Assembly (NCBI GenBank): GCA_938074325.1
Contig: CALJFZ010000029.1
Location: 12,292 to 76,291, forward strand
Direction of reading: 5' to 3'
Source of the DNA: an uncultured Flavobacteriales bacterium
GTDB lineage: Bacteria; Bacteroidota; Bacteroidia; Flavobacteriales_D; Sanyastnellaceae
Length of the DNA: 64,000 bases
The position numbers were made by a program, and so were the translations under genes. The notes beneath the pieces are model-generated. The model ran no database searches and had not been told where the DNA came from. It was given only the letters and a program-made list of their open reading frames with translations. This document shows positions 49,572 through 59,573 of this stretch, piece by piece. The first letter of the stretch is position 1, and each line of letters begins with the position of its first letter.

Positions 49572-51839
49572 TCAAAACGGATGGCCAATTCCAAGGTGCA
49601 CCATTCCCCGCGGTTCGCTCGGGTTTAGCCACCTCTGGCCTTGCCTTTGAGATGGGTCATAAAGCCTCAGCGCAGCATCTAAGCGTAGCAAGAAAAATTC
49701 AAAATCGAGGCGAAAACCAAGTCCTCCACCCCAAGCCATGGATTCCCATGCGAATTGCGTGGCGGGAGATTGAGCAGCGCTTGACTTTTCGGAGAGCCAG
49801 ACATTGCCCGCGTCTGAAAACCAAGCCACGCCGAAGGCTTCGGTCAACTTTTTCCTGTATTCCACGCTCCATTCCAATTGCATATCACCAACACCCGGCA
49901 CGATGCCCGCATCCAAAACATCTTGCTGGGCAAACCCCGGACCCAAATCACGAACGGACCAGCCGCGAACGCCATTGGCACCGCCTGCATAAAATGCACG
50001 ATCAAACGGCAGCACCTCCATGTTGGCGCCCGTTCCCGCCAACCCCAATTTCATCCTCGCATGAATTGAGCCTTCATAACTCAGCTGTTTCCCTACTGAC
50101 CAGTCCAATTCCCCTCGGAGGTAGTGAGCAAACGGGATGCCTCCGAGCAGGTATGCTCCCGAGGCAGATTCGCTCAACCCCAAAGGGCGAGCCAAGGCAG
50201 AAAGCCCAATCCCAGTCCACTCAGTTCCAACCCTCCCTCGACCATTGAATGACCGGGTGGACCAGTTTGTTTGCCAAATAAACTTCGAAGCGAGGGAAGT
50301 GTAATCGGTGAATCGCCCACTCAAAATGGGATTGGCCTGGTCCGATAGCCACGCTTCAAACTCTGCTTCTTTCGAGATGTTCGAGTACCTGAATTCGAGC
50401 GGAGTTACGGTCAGCTTGCTTTCGCGGGCGGCATTTTCAATCAGGTTGAATCCGTAAGCCACGGTTGCAGCCTCACGCGCATATTCAGGACGCACCTCGC
50501 GCAACCAGTTTGCCGAAACGGTTGTGCGGGCTTGATTCGAGGGGCGAAGTTTTTCCAACCGCAGCGGTGGCACCCCCAAGGTCGAGTAATCAAACTGAAA
50601 AGACCACGTACCACTGTTCGGCACCAATGCATCGCTGGTGTAGCTGAACGGGCGTGTAGATACGATTCCACCGGTCACCGACATTTCCAGTGCATCGCCA
50701 CGGCCCGAGAGGTTGTTGTTTACCAATCCTACACTGGCGATCGGTCCATAGCGGGCATCGCTCCGAATCATTTGCATCTCCGCGGAAATACCAAATCGCT
50801 TGGACAAATCCACTCCTACCTCGACGTCGTACACGGTTCCACGGGTTGCATCAGAGCGCAACGAACCCGGAATTTCCACTCGGCTGATGGCTGGCAACGC
50901 CACCAACCTGCTGTACGTATCCTGCAAAACGGACTCATTGAACACCATGTTGGAATCCATGGCAATCAAAAAGTCTGCCACATCGGGGTCAATGCAAGGC
51001 GCCCCTTCCGCGTCCCCGTTCAGGCACAACCACGACACCGACCCAAAACGGGCAAATTGGTGCTGGATCGGCTGGTCATCCGCGGCATAATCCAGAGGAA
51101 GCAATTCCACCTTGAGGTCGATCAACCTCGGTTCCAATGCCGCCGTGGAATCTGCCAGAAACGCAACGTGAGAAGCCTGTACCGTGGGGAATCCTCTGTT
51201 TCTGAATGCCGCTGCAATCTCAGCTCGGACATCGTCAAGCATCCGAACGTCGAAAACACGCCCTTCCAGCACGGATAAGTCGAAACCATTGAGCAATGGA
51301 TCCAATCCGCTCTCCCCTGGTTCCCAATTCACAAAACGCACGTTCCATGCATCACCTAAATCGATCACGTACTTGACTTTTGCCCCCTGATTGGCAGTGT
51401 CGATTTGCATGGCGCATTGCGCGTTCAGATATCCACTTTGCCGCGCCAATGCCTCAAGATTTTGGCGCGAACGCTCTGCCAAATAAGCATCATGAGCGAC
51501 CGGCGCCTCCCCCATCCGGTGTGCCAACCACCACCTTAAACCGCCCTCGCGTTTACCAGCAGCCTCGCGCCTTTTGATGGCTTTGTTGAGCGCCTCTGGG
51601 CGAACCAGCAGGTGCAATTGCATGGGCAAGCGCATGCCCAGCAATGTGTGATTGGGTTGTTCCCGAAGCACCTCCTGATAGCCCAACTCTGACTTCATGG
51701 AATGTCCTTCTGCATCCGTAACGCGGACGTCCTCGAGGAACAGCGCTCCTTCTGCCAGCCGTTTCGTCGGAGAACAAGCGGAGAGAAGCGCAAAAGCGCA
51801 TATCATCACATAGCTTTGCAACCTACACCCTCTCCCCAT
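49572..51839 (-). CDS. tamL: Omp85-family lipoprotein TamL
   Basis: Lipobox LSAC, POTRA region, FYAGGANGVRGW, DAGNVW, G.GFRLDF and terminal GIGHPF. Start uncertain (51839 or 51806). Confidence 0.82.
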   Translation of the reverse strand: MGRGCRLQSYVMICAFALLSACSPTKRLAEGALFLEDVRVTDAEGHSMKSELGYQEVLREQPNHTLLGMRLPMQLHLLVRPEALNKAIKRREAAGKREGGLRWWLAHRMGEAPVAHDAYLAERSRQNLEALARQSGYLNAQCAMQIDTANQGAKVKYVIDLGDAWNVRFVNWEPGESGLDPLLNGFDLSVLEGRVFDVRMLDDVRAEIAAAFRNRGFPTVQASHVAFLADSTAALEPRLIDLKVELLPLDYAADDQPIQHQFARFGSVSWLCLNGDAEGAPCIDPDVADFLIAMDSNMVFNESVLQDTYSRLVALPAISRVEIPGSLRSDATRGTVYDVEVGVDLSKRFGISAEMQMIRSDARYGPIASVGLVNNNLSGRGDALEMSVTGGIVSTRPFSYTSDALVPNSGTWSFQFDYSTLGVPPLRLEKLRPSNQARTTVSANWLREVRPEYAREAATVAYGFNLIENAARESKLTVTPLEFRYSNISKEAEFEAWLSDQANPILSGRFTDYTSLASKFIWQTNWSTRSFNGRGRVGTEWTGIGLSALARPLGLSESASGAYLLGGIPFAHYLRGELDWSVGKQLSYEGSIHARMKLGLAGTGANMEVLPFDRAFYAGGANGVRGWSVRDLGPGFAQQDVLDAGIVPGVGDMQLEWSVEYRKKLTEAFGVAWFSDAGNVWLSEKSSAAQSPATQFAWESMAWGGGLGFRLDFEFFLLRLDAALRLYDPSQRQGQRWLNPSEPRGMVHLGIGHPF

Positions 51840-52593
51840 GGATAAAGCCACCTTGCATGCCATTCGGTCGCTCCGCAGCAAACACGAACGAACCGAACAG
51901 AACCGTTTCATCGTGGAAGGCGAAAAGGGTGTATCCGAACTGTTTGAGAGCCGCTTGAGCATAGAGCGAATGTACTACGTCTCGACGATGGAACACGCTG
52001 TTCCAGTCGACCATCAGCACATGGCAGAACAAATCTCTGTTAAAGACATGGGCCGCATTTCGCAGATGAAAACGCCCCCAGGCATTTTGGCACTGGCGAC
52101 TATTCCGAAGGCGACGATGAATGAGGCAGCTGAAGCCGTTGAGGCCTCTCCCGCACAACATGGCATCGTCGCATGCCAAATCCAAGACCCCGGCAATTTG
52201 GGCACACTGATTCGCTCGGCAGATTGGTTTGGATTCGGTGCTGTTGTCATCACGGAGGGAACCGTGGATCCATGGAATGCGAAAACCGTTCAAGCCTCCA
52301 TGGGATCAATTTTTCGAGTCCCCATCGTTCAAGCGTCTTGGGAAGAATTGAACGCCATGTCCGGACACTACCACTTGGAAATGACCGGAACGTCTTACGC
52401 AGAAATAGAATGGGGCAGTGGTTGGGTTTGGGTCGGATCCGAATCGCATGGCTTTGAGCGCATCGAACTGCCTCGTGATTCAACAGCCGTTCACATTCCG
52501 CGTGTTGGAAGCGCCGAGTCGCTCAATGCAGGCGTTGCGGCATCCATTGTGTGCGCTGAGATTGCTCGCCAGAAAAATGCTTCAGCCCGCTAA
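51838..52593 (+). CDS. TrmH/SpoU family RNA methyltransferase
   Basis: IQDPGNLGTLIRS, GSESHG and ESLNA; TAGCTTTG at 51811-51818. Confidence 0.93.
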   Translation: MDKATLHAIRSLRSKHERTEQNRFIVEGEKGVSELFESRLSIERMYYVSTMEHAVPVDHQHMAEQISVKDMGRISQMKTPPGILALATIPKATMNEAAEAVEASPAQHGIVACQIQDPGNLGTLIRSADWFGFGAVVITEGTVDPWNAKTVQASMGSIFRVPIVQASWEELNAMSGHYHLEMTGTSYAEIEWGSGWVWVGSESHGFERIELPRDSTAVHIPRVGSAESLNAGVAASIVCAEIARQKNASAR

Positions 52594-53759
52594 GCTGATA
52601 CGGAGACCTCGTCCTGAGCAAGGACGCTGTTGATGAGCGGGTTCATCGTGATCTCGCACCACTTCTGTCGCACTTCGTCCGCTGTCACCTCGATGTCGGT
52701 AAGTGATGACACAATCACCGCTATCCGCTTTTCGCATTGTTCAGCAACTTCATTGTCCACTGGCTCCGGTGACCAATCTGTTGGCCAATTCTCACCGGGC
52801 CCCTGGTTCATTTTGCACCATTCTTGGGCTGCCCAATGCTGCGAAGGCCAGGCCTTCATGGCAAGGTGGAGCGCCTGATCTAAACGAGCAGCAAGATGAA
52901 CCGTTGGCCGCACTCCTTCAGGTGCCTCTTCCCATTTCACAGGATTGCAAAACGCCACGTGGATTCGCCCCTTCCATCCGAACAAGCCTTGCTTCATGCT
53001 GCGTTCATCTTCACCCGTGGACTTTTCGTATTCGCCGTTGTTCCGCTCGCGAATCAACAACTCCCTGACTTTCATTCCATCGCACGGATCCCATTCGTAG
53101 CTCAAACTCACTGGCTGAACTTTCAATCGGTTCCATGCTTCACCTTTCTCGCCGTTCAACAACATGCGAATCAAGGCAGGTGACGTTTTATCGTTGCCGT
53201 CTTTTGCCCTGCCTTCTCTTTGCGCCAACCAAACGGAAGCGTCCAGTTCGTTCACGACATGGCGGACGTAGTCTGCGACTTCCGCACTGCGCATCAACTG
53301 TTCGCGCGGCGTTCCACCACGCTGCACAATAAAACTTTTGTTCAGCCGCACCAGTTTTTCCACCCATTCCGTCTGCAACAGATTGCTGCCAATCCCAATC
53401 TGACAAGTGGACTCCCCACGTGACAACAGCGCCATGTTGACCAACGAAGGATCCAAGACGATGTCCCGGTGATTGGAGATAAACAAAGCACCGTGGCCTT
53501 CAAAGTCCTCAGGAAAATCCATTGTCACTTCCTCCGCCGTGCGTTCCAGCAACATATCGATGAACACCCGTGACATGCTGTCTTGGAAGGCATCTACACT
53601 TGTCAATCCTGTGAGACCTTGGGTCAATTCAGACGCTCGATCTTTTCCAACAAATGGACCCAACTGCGATTCCCAATCCAACGCACCGAGCAGGCACTGA
53701 ATTGCATCAGGCACTTCGCCGTCTAAATAGGGCCGCATATGCGCAAAAGAGTCGTCCAT
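52590..53759 (-). CDS. Glycerol-phosphate acyltransferase (PlsC-like)
   Basis: SNHRDIVLD, WLAQREGRAKDG and SYEWDPCD. Confidence 0.88.
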   Translation of the reverse strand: MDDSFAHMRPYLDGEVPDAIQCLLGALDWESQLGPFVGKDRASELTQGLTGLTSVDAFQDSMSRVFIDMLLERTAEEVTMDFPEDFEGHGALFISNHRDIVLDPSLVNMALLSRGESTCQIGIGSNLLQTEWVEKLVRLNKSFIVQRGGTPREQLMRSAEVADYVRHVVNELDASVWLAQREGRAKDGNDKTSPALIRMLLNGEKGEAWNRLKVQPVSLSYEWDPCDGMKVRELLIRERNNGEYEKSTGEDERSMKQGLFGWKGRIHVAFCNPVKWEEAPEGVRPTVHLAARLDQALHLAMKAWPSQHWAAQEWCKMNQGPGENWPTDWSPEPVDNEVAEQCEKRIAVIVSSLTDIEVTADEVRQKWCEITMNPLINSVLAQDEVSVSA

Positions 53760-53771
53760 CTTCTGAGCCGC

Positions 53772-53792
53772 AATTTAGGTAACCTAAATTTG
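53772..53792. promoter_or_regulatory. Palindromic back-to-back promoter region
   Basis: AATTTAGGT-a-ACCTAAATT; the plus strand gives TAAATTTG-tccc-ATG(53797). Confidence 0.6.
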
Positions 53793-53796
53793 TCCC

Positions 53797-55062
53797 ATGC
53801 GATTTGAAGACCTCAAGCTTACTCGACAGTTTCTCAATGCCATTGAAGAGGCAGGATACGACGAGGCGACTCCCATCCAGCAACGCGCCATTCCACCGTT
53901 GAGAGCGGGTCAAGATGTCATCGGAATCGCCCAAACAGGCACCGGCAAAACAGCTGCCTTTCTCCTGCCCCTTCTTCAAAGGCTGAAGTACGCCCAAGGC
54001 GAAGCGCCACGGGCTTTAGTCTTTGCTCCAACAAAAGAGCTGGTGGTGCAAATCCACCAAGAGGCACGGAAATTCGCCTCCTATACCGACCTCCGAATCG
54101 TTGCCTTTTACGGTGGTGTTGGACCCAAACAACAAATTGAGTCCATCGAAAACGGAGTGGATTTGATTGTCACAACGCCGGGACGGTTCTTGGAAATCTA
54201 CTCGCGCGGGCACATCGAGACAAAAAAAATCAAACACATCGTTTTGGATGAAGCAGACCGCATGATGGACATGGGATTCATGCCGCAAATCCGTCAAGTA
54301 CAGGAGGTGGTTCCAAACAAACGCCAAAACATCCTCTTCTCCGCCACCTTCCCTCCTCGGGTGGAAAGGCTTGCAGACGAGTTTTTGTTGTGGCCGACTA
54401 GGATTGAAGTCACACCGGAGAGCACACCCGTTTCAACGGTTACACAATACAAACTGGCATTGCCCAACCTGCGTACAAAAATCGCCTTCATTGAGTGGTA
54501 CGTGCGAGAGAAATTGGGCGAAGACCGGTTACTCGTTTTTACGCGGCGCAAAGAAGAAGCAGAAAACCTGTACAAATTTCTCCAACGCACGTTTGAAATC
54601 GGCATCCGGGCTGTGCACAGCAACAAGGGACAAAATTCCCGCATCAATGCCATGAACGAATTCCGTTCCGGGGATGTTCAAATCCTCATTGCCACGGACG
54701 TCGCCAGCCGCGGCATCGATGTGCCAGAGACGCAATGGGTGATCAATGCCTCCGTTCCACGTGATCCCCACGACTACATCCATCGCATCGGCCGCACCGG
54801 TCGGGCGTTTCGCGAAGGATCCGCGTTGACGTTGTTCGATCCGGCTGAGAAGTTTGCCATGGAGAGAATCGAATCGCTCACGGGCGAAGCCGTTCTCGAA
54901 TACCCAGAATTGCCGGAGTTAGAACCCTTCGAGACACCCAAGCGCGAAAAACAAGAGCAGGCAAGGGAAATTGACCGAGAACTCAAAAAACGCGATCCTG
55001 AATACAAAGGAGCTTTTCACGAGAAAAAGCGCAAATCAGGAAAGAAGCCTCGGCGCAAGTGA
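53797..55062 (+). CDS. DEAD-box RNA helicase
   Basis: Q motif, TGTGKT, DEAD, SAT and HRIGRTGR, with a basic tail. Confidence 0.95.
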   Translation: MRFEDLKLTRQFLNAIEEAGYDEATPIQQRAIPPLRAGQDVIGIAQTGTGKTAAFLLPLLQRLKYAQGEAPRALVFAPTKELVVQIHQEARKFASYTDLRIVAFYGGVGPKQQIESIENGVDLIVTTPGRFLEIYSRGHIETKKIKHIVLDEADRMMDMGFMPQIRQVQEVVPNKRQNILFSATFPPRVERLADEFLLWPTRIEVTPESTPVSTVTQYKLALPNLRTKIAFIEWYVREKLGEDRLLVFTRRKEEAENLYKFLQRTFEIGIRAVHSNKGQNSRINAMNEFRSGDVQILIATDVASRGIDVPETQWVINASVPRDPHDYIHRIGRTGRAFREGSALTLFDPAEKFAMERIESLTGEAVLEYPELPELEPFETPKREKQEQAREIDRELKKRDPEYKGAFHEKKRKSGKKPRRK

Positions 55063-55440
55063 CCGATTCATGTCGCCTCGCTCCACCCAGGGAATCACCC
55101 CATCCCCTTCCAGCACATACCCCTCGTCGTAGCACATGATGACCATGCGTCCATCCTGGGCCAACTGAACATGGGTGTGGAAATTGAAATCGAACCCCTG
55201 CCTACGCAGCCAATACGCTCGGTCTTCAGGACCCAACTTCTCAAACGGATTCTTCCGCAATGCACTGAGCAAGGTGCGGTTCTTTTGAAGCACTTGATCG
55301 ACTCCTCGTTTGACGGCAGACAAAGAGTTGTTTCTTCGATGGTGCTTGACCCTGCAAGCGTCCTCACAAAAAAGTTTGTCGCTTCTTCCGTGCAAAGGCT
55401 CAGCACACTCCTTGCAACGATGTGATTTGATCTTGAACAT
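55036..55440 (-). CDS. Zn-ribbon conserved Bacteroidota protein (DUF2116-like)
   Basis: CKEC...GRSDKLFC...CR, GFDFNFHT and CYDEGY; ATG 55440. Confidence 0.78.
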   Translation of the reverse strand: MFKIKSHRCKECAEPLHGRSDKLFCEDACRVKHHRRNNSLSAVKRGVDQVLQKNRTLLSALRKNPFEKLGPEDRAYWLRRQGFDFNFHTHVQLAQDGRMVIMCYDEGYVLEGDGVIPWVERGDMNRSLAPRLLS

Positions 55441-55512
55441 GCTGCCAAGAAAAAACGGACTAACCCACAAGCAATGAGTTATTTACAGATGACAAGCCAA
55501 AATTGACATCCG

Positions 55513-56337
55513 TTAAGCGACCAACCGGCCCATCCATTCTTTAAACAGGCGCGTAAGCTTCGGCTCAGCAGCCTTTGCCACTTCCACCACTTCATCCAAA
55601 TCAAACGGAGCCAGGTTTTCAGGGTTGCATTCATCCGTGATGACGCTTACTGCGGCACACGGAAGCCCCATGTGAACGGCGGCAATTACCTCAGGGACAG
55701 TGGACATGCCTACGGCGTCTGCACCAATGGTGCGCAAGTACCGGTATTCAGCTCGGGTCTCTAACTGCGGGCCAGGCACCCCAGCATAAACGCCCGTGTA
55801 CAGGGGAATGTCCAATTCGCGCGCTACGTCAAACAAGGAGGCGCTCAATCCGGAACTGTAAGGCTGGCACATATCTGGGAATCGCGTCCCTAAGGCATCG
55901 AGGTTGGGACCACGCAACGGAGAATCAGGAAATAGGTTGATGTGGTCCTCGAGGCACATGAGTGAACCCTTCGCCATGTTGGGGTTCAAACTGCCGGCAG
56001 CATTGGAAATCAAGAGGGCCTTTGCGCCTAGCATTTTGGAAATCCGCACGGGCTTTACCACTTGTTCCATCGTATACCCTTCATAGTAGTGAAACCTCCC
56101 TTGCCAGGCTATAACCCGCTTTCCCGCTAGCACACCGTAAATGAGCTTGCCGAAATGAAACTCAACCGTGGCCACTGGAATGTGCGGAATTTGACTGTAG
56201 TTCCATTCGTGCTCTGCTTCTATTTCCTTGACCAAGCCTCCGAGCCCCGTGCCAAGAACAATGGCCACGTCGACATCTCCAACCCCCCGTGCTTGCAAAT
56301 ACTCCACAGACGCCTGCAGTTCTTCTTGAATATCCAT
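55513..56337 (-). CDS. punA: Purine-nucleoside phosphorylase (trimeric type)
   Basis: LGTGLG, QGRFHYYEGY, GPQLET.AE and GMSTVPE; start moved to ATG 56337. Confidence 0.92.
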   Translation of the reverse strand: MDIQEELQASVEYLQARGVGDVDVAIVLGTGLGGLVKEIEAEHEWNYSQIPHIPVATVEFHFGKLIYGVLAGKRVIAWQGRFHYYEGYTMEQVVKPVRISKMLGAKALLISNAAGSLNPNMAKGSLMCLEDHINLFPDSPLRGPNLDALGTRFPDMCQPYSSGLSASLFDVARELDIPLYTGVYAGVPGPQLETRAEYRYLRTIGADAVGMSTVPEVIAAVHMGLPCAAVSVITDECNPENLAPFDLDEVVEVAKAAEPKLTRLFKEWMGRLVA

Positions 56338-56362
56338 GCAGGAAAAGTACGAACTTCGTAAT

Positions 56363-57541
56363 ATGGAAACAGCGAAAACTACGGTTGGCGTCATCGGCGC
56401 CGGAGCCATGGGTTCAGGCATTGCACAATTGGCTGCACAAGCCGGGCATCCCGTCGTATTGGTGGATCAGTCAGCAGATGCGCTTGACAGAAGCGCAGCC
56501 CAGCTGGCCAAAGTCGCAGACCGATTGATTGAAAAGGGCAAATGGACCCCAGAATTCAGCCAGAGCGTGCAGGAACGTATTCACCGCACCACGGAGTTGA
56601 CCGCGCTCGAATCCTGCGATTGGATCGTAGAGGCCATTGTTGAAAAACTCGAAGTAAAACAATCCTTGTTTCAATCCCTTGAGGCCATCGTGGACCCACA
56701 AACGGTGCTTGCTTCAAACACCTCCTCGCTGTCGCTAACTGCCATCGCAGGTGGACTGAAGCATCCCGAGCGATTTATCGGGCTGCACTTCTTCAACCCG
56801 GCCCCTTTGATGGCACTTGTCGAGATCATTCCGGCGCTCCAGACAGATAAACGCTGGGTGGAAGCGGCCCGAACGATGATGGTGGACTGGGGTAAATCGC
56901 CGGTTGTGGCGAAAGACACGCCGGGATTTATTGTCAACCGGGTGGCCCGACCGTTTTATGGCGAAGCGCTGCGAATGGTGGAAGAAGGGATTGCCGATGC
57001 TCCGACCATCGATGCCGCCATGCGCAACGCAGGCTTCCGAATGGGCCCCTTTGAACTGATGGATCTGATTGGCAATGATGTCAATTACGCAGTTTCCTGT
57101 TCGGTATTCAGTTCCTTCTATAATGATCCGCGTTACCGTCCAAGCCTCATCCAGAAGCAACATGTTGATGCCGGTTGGTACGGAAGAAAGTCAGGTCGGG
57201 GTTACTACGATTACAACGAAGGCGCCGGCAAAGTGGAAGTGAAGGAGGAGGCGTTGGCGCCCAATACGTTTGAACGCATTCAAGAGCGCATCGTGGCCAT
57301 GTTGATCAATGAGGCGTCAGATGCCGCTTACCTGCACATCGCTTCTCCCCAGGACCTTGAGGTAGCCATGACCAAGGGCGTAAATTACCCCAAAGGCCTG
57401 TTGCAGTGGTGCAATGAGTGGGGAGTGACGAAAGCATTGGCCATTCTGGAGGGCCTGCATAACCGCTACGGAGACGATCGGTACCGCCCCAGTCCCATCC
57501 TTCGTGACATGGCAGCAAGCAACAGCCGTTTCGAGGTCTAA
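56363..57541 (+). CDS. 3-hydroxyacyl-CoA dehydrogenase (PaaH-like, duplicated C-terminal domain)
   Basis: GAGAMGSGIA, SNTSS, HFFNP, PGFIVNR and MGPFEL. Confidence 0.92.
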   Translation: METAKTTVGVIGAGAMGSGIAQLAAQAGHPVVLVDQSADALDRSAAQLAKVADRLIEKGKWTPEFSQSVQERIHRTTELTALESCDWIVEAIVEKLEVKQSLFQSLEAIVDPQTVLASNTSSLSLTAIAGGLKHPERFIGLHFFNPAPLMALVEIIPALQTDKRWVEAARTMMVDWGKSPVVAKDTPGFIVNRVARPFYGEALRMVEEGIADAPTIDAAMRNAGFRMGPFELMDLIGNDVNYAVSCSVFSSFYNDPRYRPSLIQKQHVDAGWYGRKSGRGYYDYNEGAGKVEVKEEALAPNTFERIQERIVAMLINEASDAAYLHIASPQDLEVAMTKGVNYPKGLLQWCNEWGVTKALAILEGLHNRYGDDRYRPSPILRDMAASNSRFEV

Positions 57542-57544
57542 GCG

Positions 57545-58300
57545 TTACCAGCGGCGAATGCTGTGAGAAGCGTGGGTGACATCCCCCTCGCGCAGGATTC
57601 CCTTCTCGCCAAACGCATCCATGCGCACTTCGCCAGCGGCGTGCAAAATGCAATCCGCTGCGAGCAAAATGCCGACGTGGATTACACGGCCTTCTGCATT
57701 TTGAAAGAACGCTAAATCACCGGCTTTTTGGTCGCCGTAAGCCACGTCTTGACCTTCCAACGCCTGCATGGACGCGTCGCGCGGCACAGACCTACCCATT
57801 AATGCCCATGTGACTTGCACCAACCCTGAACAGTCGATACCAAAGACGGATTTTCCACCCCATAAATAGGGCGCTCCGAGAAATTGCTGAGCAGCAGACA
57901 CGGGATCATCAAATACCGAAAGCGCTGAGCTCACATCACCTACCGGGCTGATTTCTGTCCCGTTCAAAGCCCATTGGCCGTCGGCATTGCAATGCACCAA
58001 ACACCCGGCTGGCAGTTGAAGCAAAGCGTCGTCTGAACGGCGCCAGGAGGAAGAGGCGGATTGCAGAACGAGGCTAGCCCCACTTGAAGGAGCGGCTGCC
58101 TGCCATTGTTTCGAGTCCGCCCACCCCTGGTATCCATCCCGTTGCAGCTCGAGTTTAACCCAATCCTTTTTGCCGATCTCGAGCACCGTCGCAGCTTCGC
58201 CACCTAGGGCTTGCGTGCACAACTCAGCCGCATCACTGGCTAGACTGCGAACCGGTCCGATTGGAACCGAAAGCACCAGGGTATCTCCGACCTTCATCAC
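57545..58300 (-). CDS. SH3-NlpC/P60 (C40) peptidase
   Basis: DGYQGW, PYLWGGKS, GIDCSG and HVG. Confidence 0.9.
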   Translation of the reverse strand: MMKVGDTLVLSVPIGPVRSLASDAAELCTQALGGEAATVLEIGKKDWVKLELQRDGYQGWADSKQWQAAAPSSGASLVLQSASSSWRRSDDALLQLPAGCLVHCNADGQWALNGTEISPVGDVSSALSVFDDPVSAAQQFLGAPYLWGGKSVFGIDCSGLVQVTWALMGRSVPRDASMQALEGQDVAYGDQKAGDLAFFQNAEGRVIHVGILLAADCILHAAGEVRMDAFGEKGILREGDVTHASHSIRRW

Positions 58301-58306
58301 CTCGGG

Positions 58307-59491
58307 TTACACCAATTCAACCATCAACGCCGAAGCACCTCCGCCTCCGTTGCAAATCCCTGCGCCACCTTTCTTTAAGTTTCGGTTACGCAAAGCGTGA
58401 ATCAATGTGACCACGATGCGTGATCCGCTGGAACCCAGCGGATGTCCCAATGATACTGCCCCTCCGTTGACATTGACTTTTTCTGCATCCAAGCCTAATA
58501 ACTTGACATTCACCAACCCAACAACAGAAAAGGCCTCGTTCAATTCCCAGAGATCTACATCTGCTGTGTTCCACCCTGCCTTAGCGAGGGCCTTTGGCAC
58601 AGCTTTGGCGGGAGCAGTCGTGAACCACTCCGGCTCATGGGCGGCATCTGCACACGCCGATATTTTGGCAATGGGCGTCCAACCGTTCTCGGCAATGGCC
58701 TCCTCGGAAGCTAAGACCAATGCACTTGCACCGTCGTTGAGGGTGGAAGCGTTGGCTGCCGTCACCGAACCGTCCTTCTGAAAAGCAGGACGAAGGCTGC
58801 GCACCTTTTCCATTTTCACCTGACTGAATTCCTGGTCGATGTCTACCACCAAGGCATCTCCCCTGCGTTGAGGAACGGAGACCGGCACAACCTCGTCGGC
58901 GAATGCTCCACCCTCCCAAGCTTGCGCTGAGCGGTTGTAGCTCTCAATGGCAAAATCATCTTGGGCTTCACGGGTAATGGCGTGTTCTTTGGCACATAAT
59001 TCCGCGCAGTTACCCATGTGGGTGGCGTTGTAAACGTCCGTCAGGCCATCCAACACCATTCCGTCTTTCATTTTCACGTCTCCGAACTTCGTTCCAGGAC
59101 GCGCATCAAAGTAATGGGGAACTCGGCTCATGTTTTCCATGCCACCAGCGACCGCCACCTGAATGTCACCGTTAGCGATGGCCTGCGCGGCGAGTGCGAT
59201 GGACTTCATTCCGCTGGAACACACCTTGTTGATGGTGGTGCAAGGAACGTGATTTGGAATGCCGGCTCCCATTGCAGCTTGACGCGCTGGAGCCTGACCC
59301 AATCCTGCCTGCAATACGTTGCCCATGAAGACCTCTTCCACCCGATTCGGGTCAACTCCCCCGTGTTCCAACGCGCCTTTAATGGCCGTTGAACCGAGGG
59401 CGGTGGCAGGAACGGATGAAAGGCTCCCTAAAAAACTTCCCATGGGCGTCCGCACTGCGGACACTACGTATACTGGCTTGCTCATTGTCAT
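58307..59491 (-). CDS. Acetyl-CoA C-acetyltransferase (thiolase)
   Basis: NKVCSSG, NEAF, GHPLG and CNGGGG; TAAATTTG at 59502-59509. Confidence 0.95.
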   Translation of the reverse strand: MTMSKPVYVVSAVRTPMGSFLGSLSSVPATALGSTAIKGALEHGGVDPNRVEEVFMGNVLQAGLGQAPARQAAMGAGIPNHVPCTTINKVCSSGMKSIALAAQAIANGDIQVAVAGGMENMSRVPHYFDARPGTKFGDVKMKDGMVLDGLTDVYNATHMGNCAELCAKEHAITREAQDDFAIESYNRSAQAWEGGAFADEVVPVSVPQRRGDALVVDIDQEFSQVKMEKVRSLRPAFQKDGSVTAANASTLNDGASALVLASEEAIAENGWTPIAKISACADAAHEPEWFTTAPAKAVPKALAKAGWNTADVDLWELNEAFSVVGLVNVKLLGLDAEKVNVNGGAVSLGHPLGSSGSRIVVTLIHALRNRNLKKGGAGICNGGGGASALMVELV

Positions 59492-59547
59492 TGAATTTCG
59501 GCAAATTTAACGGCTATTGGCTCCACGCACCCCCTTCTTGGAAGGGT

Positions 59548-59564
59548 TTGGCACAGTCATTGAA
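59548..59564 (+). promoter_or_regulatory. Sigma54-type promoter
   Basis: TTGGCACAGTCATTGAA (GG-N10-GA). Confidence 0.6.
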
Positions 59565-59573
59565 TAAACCCTA

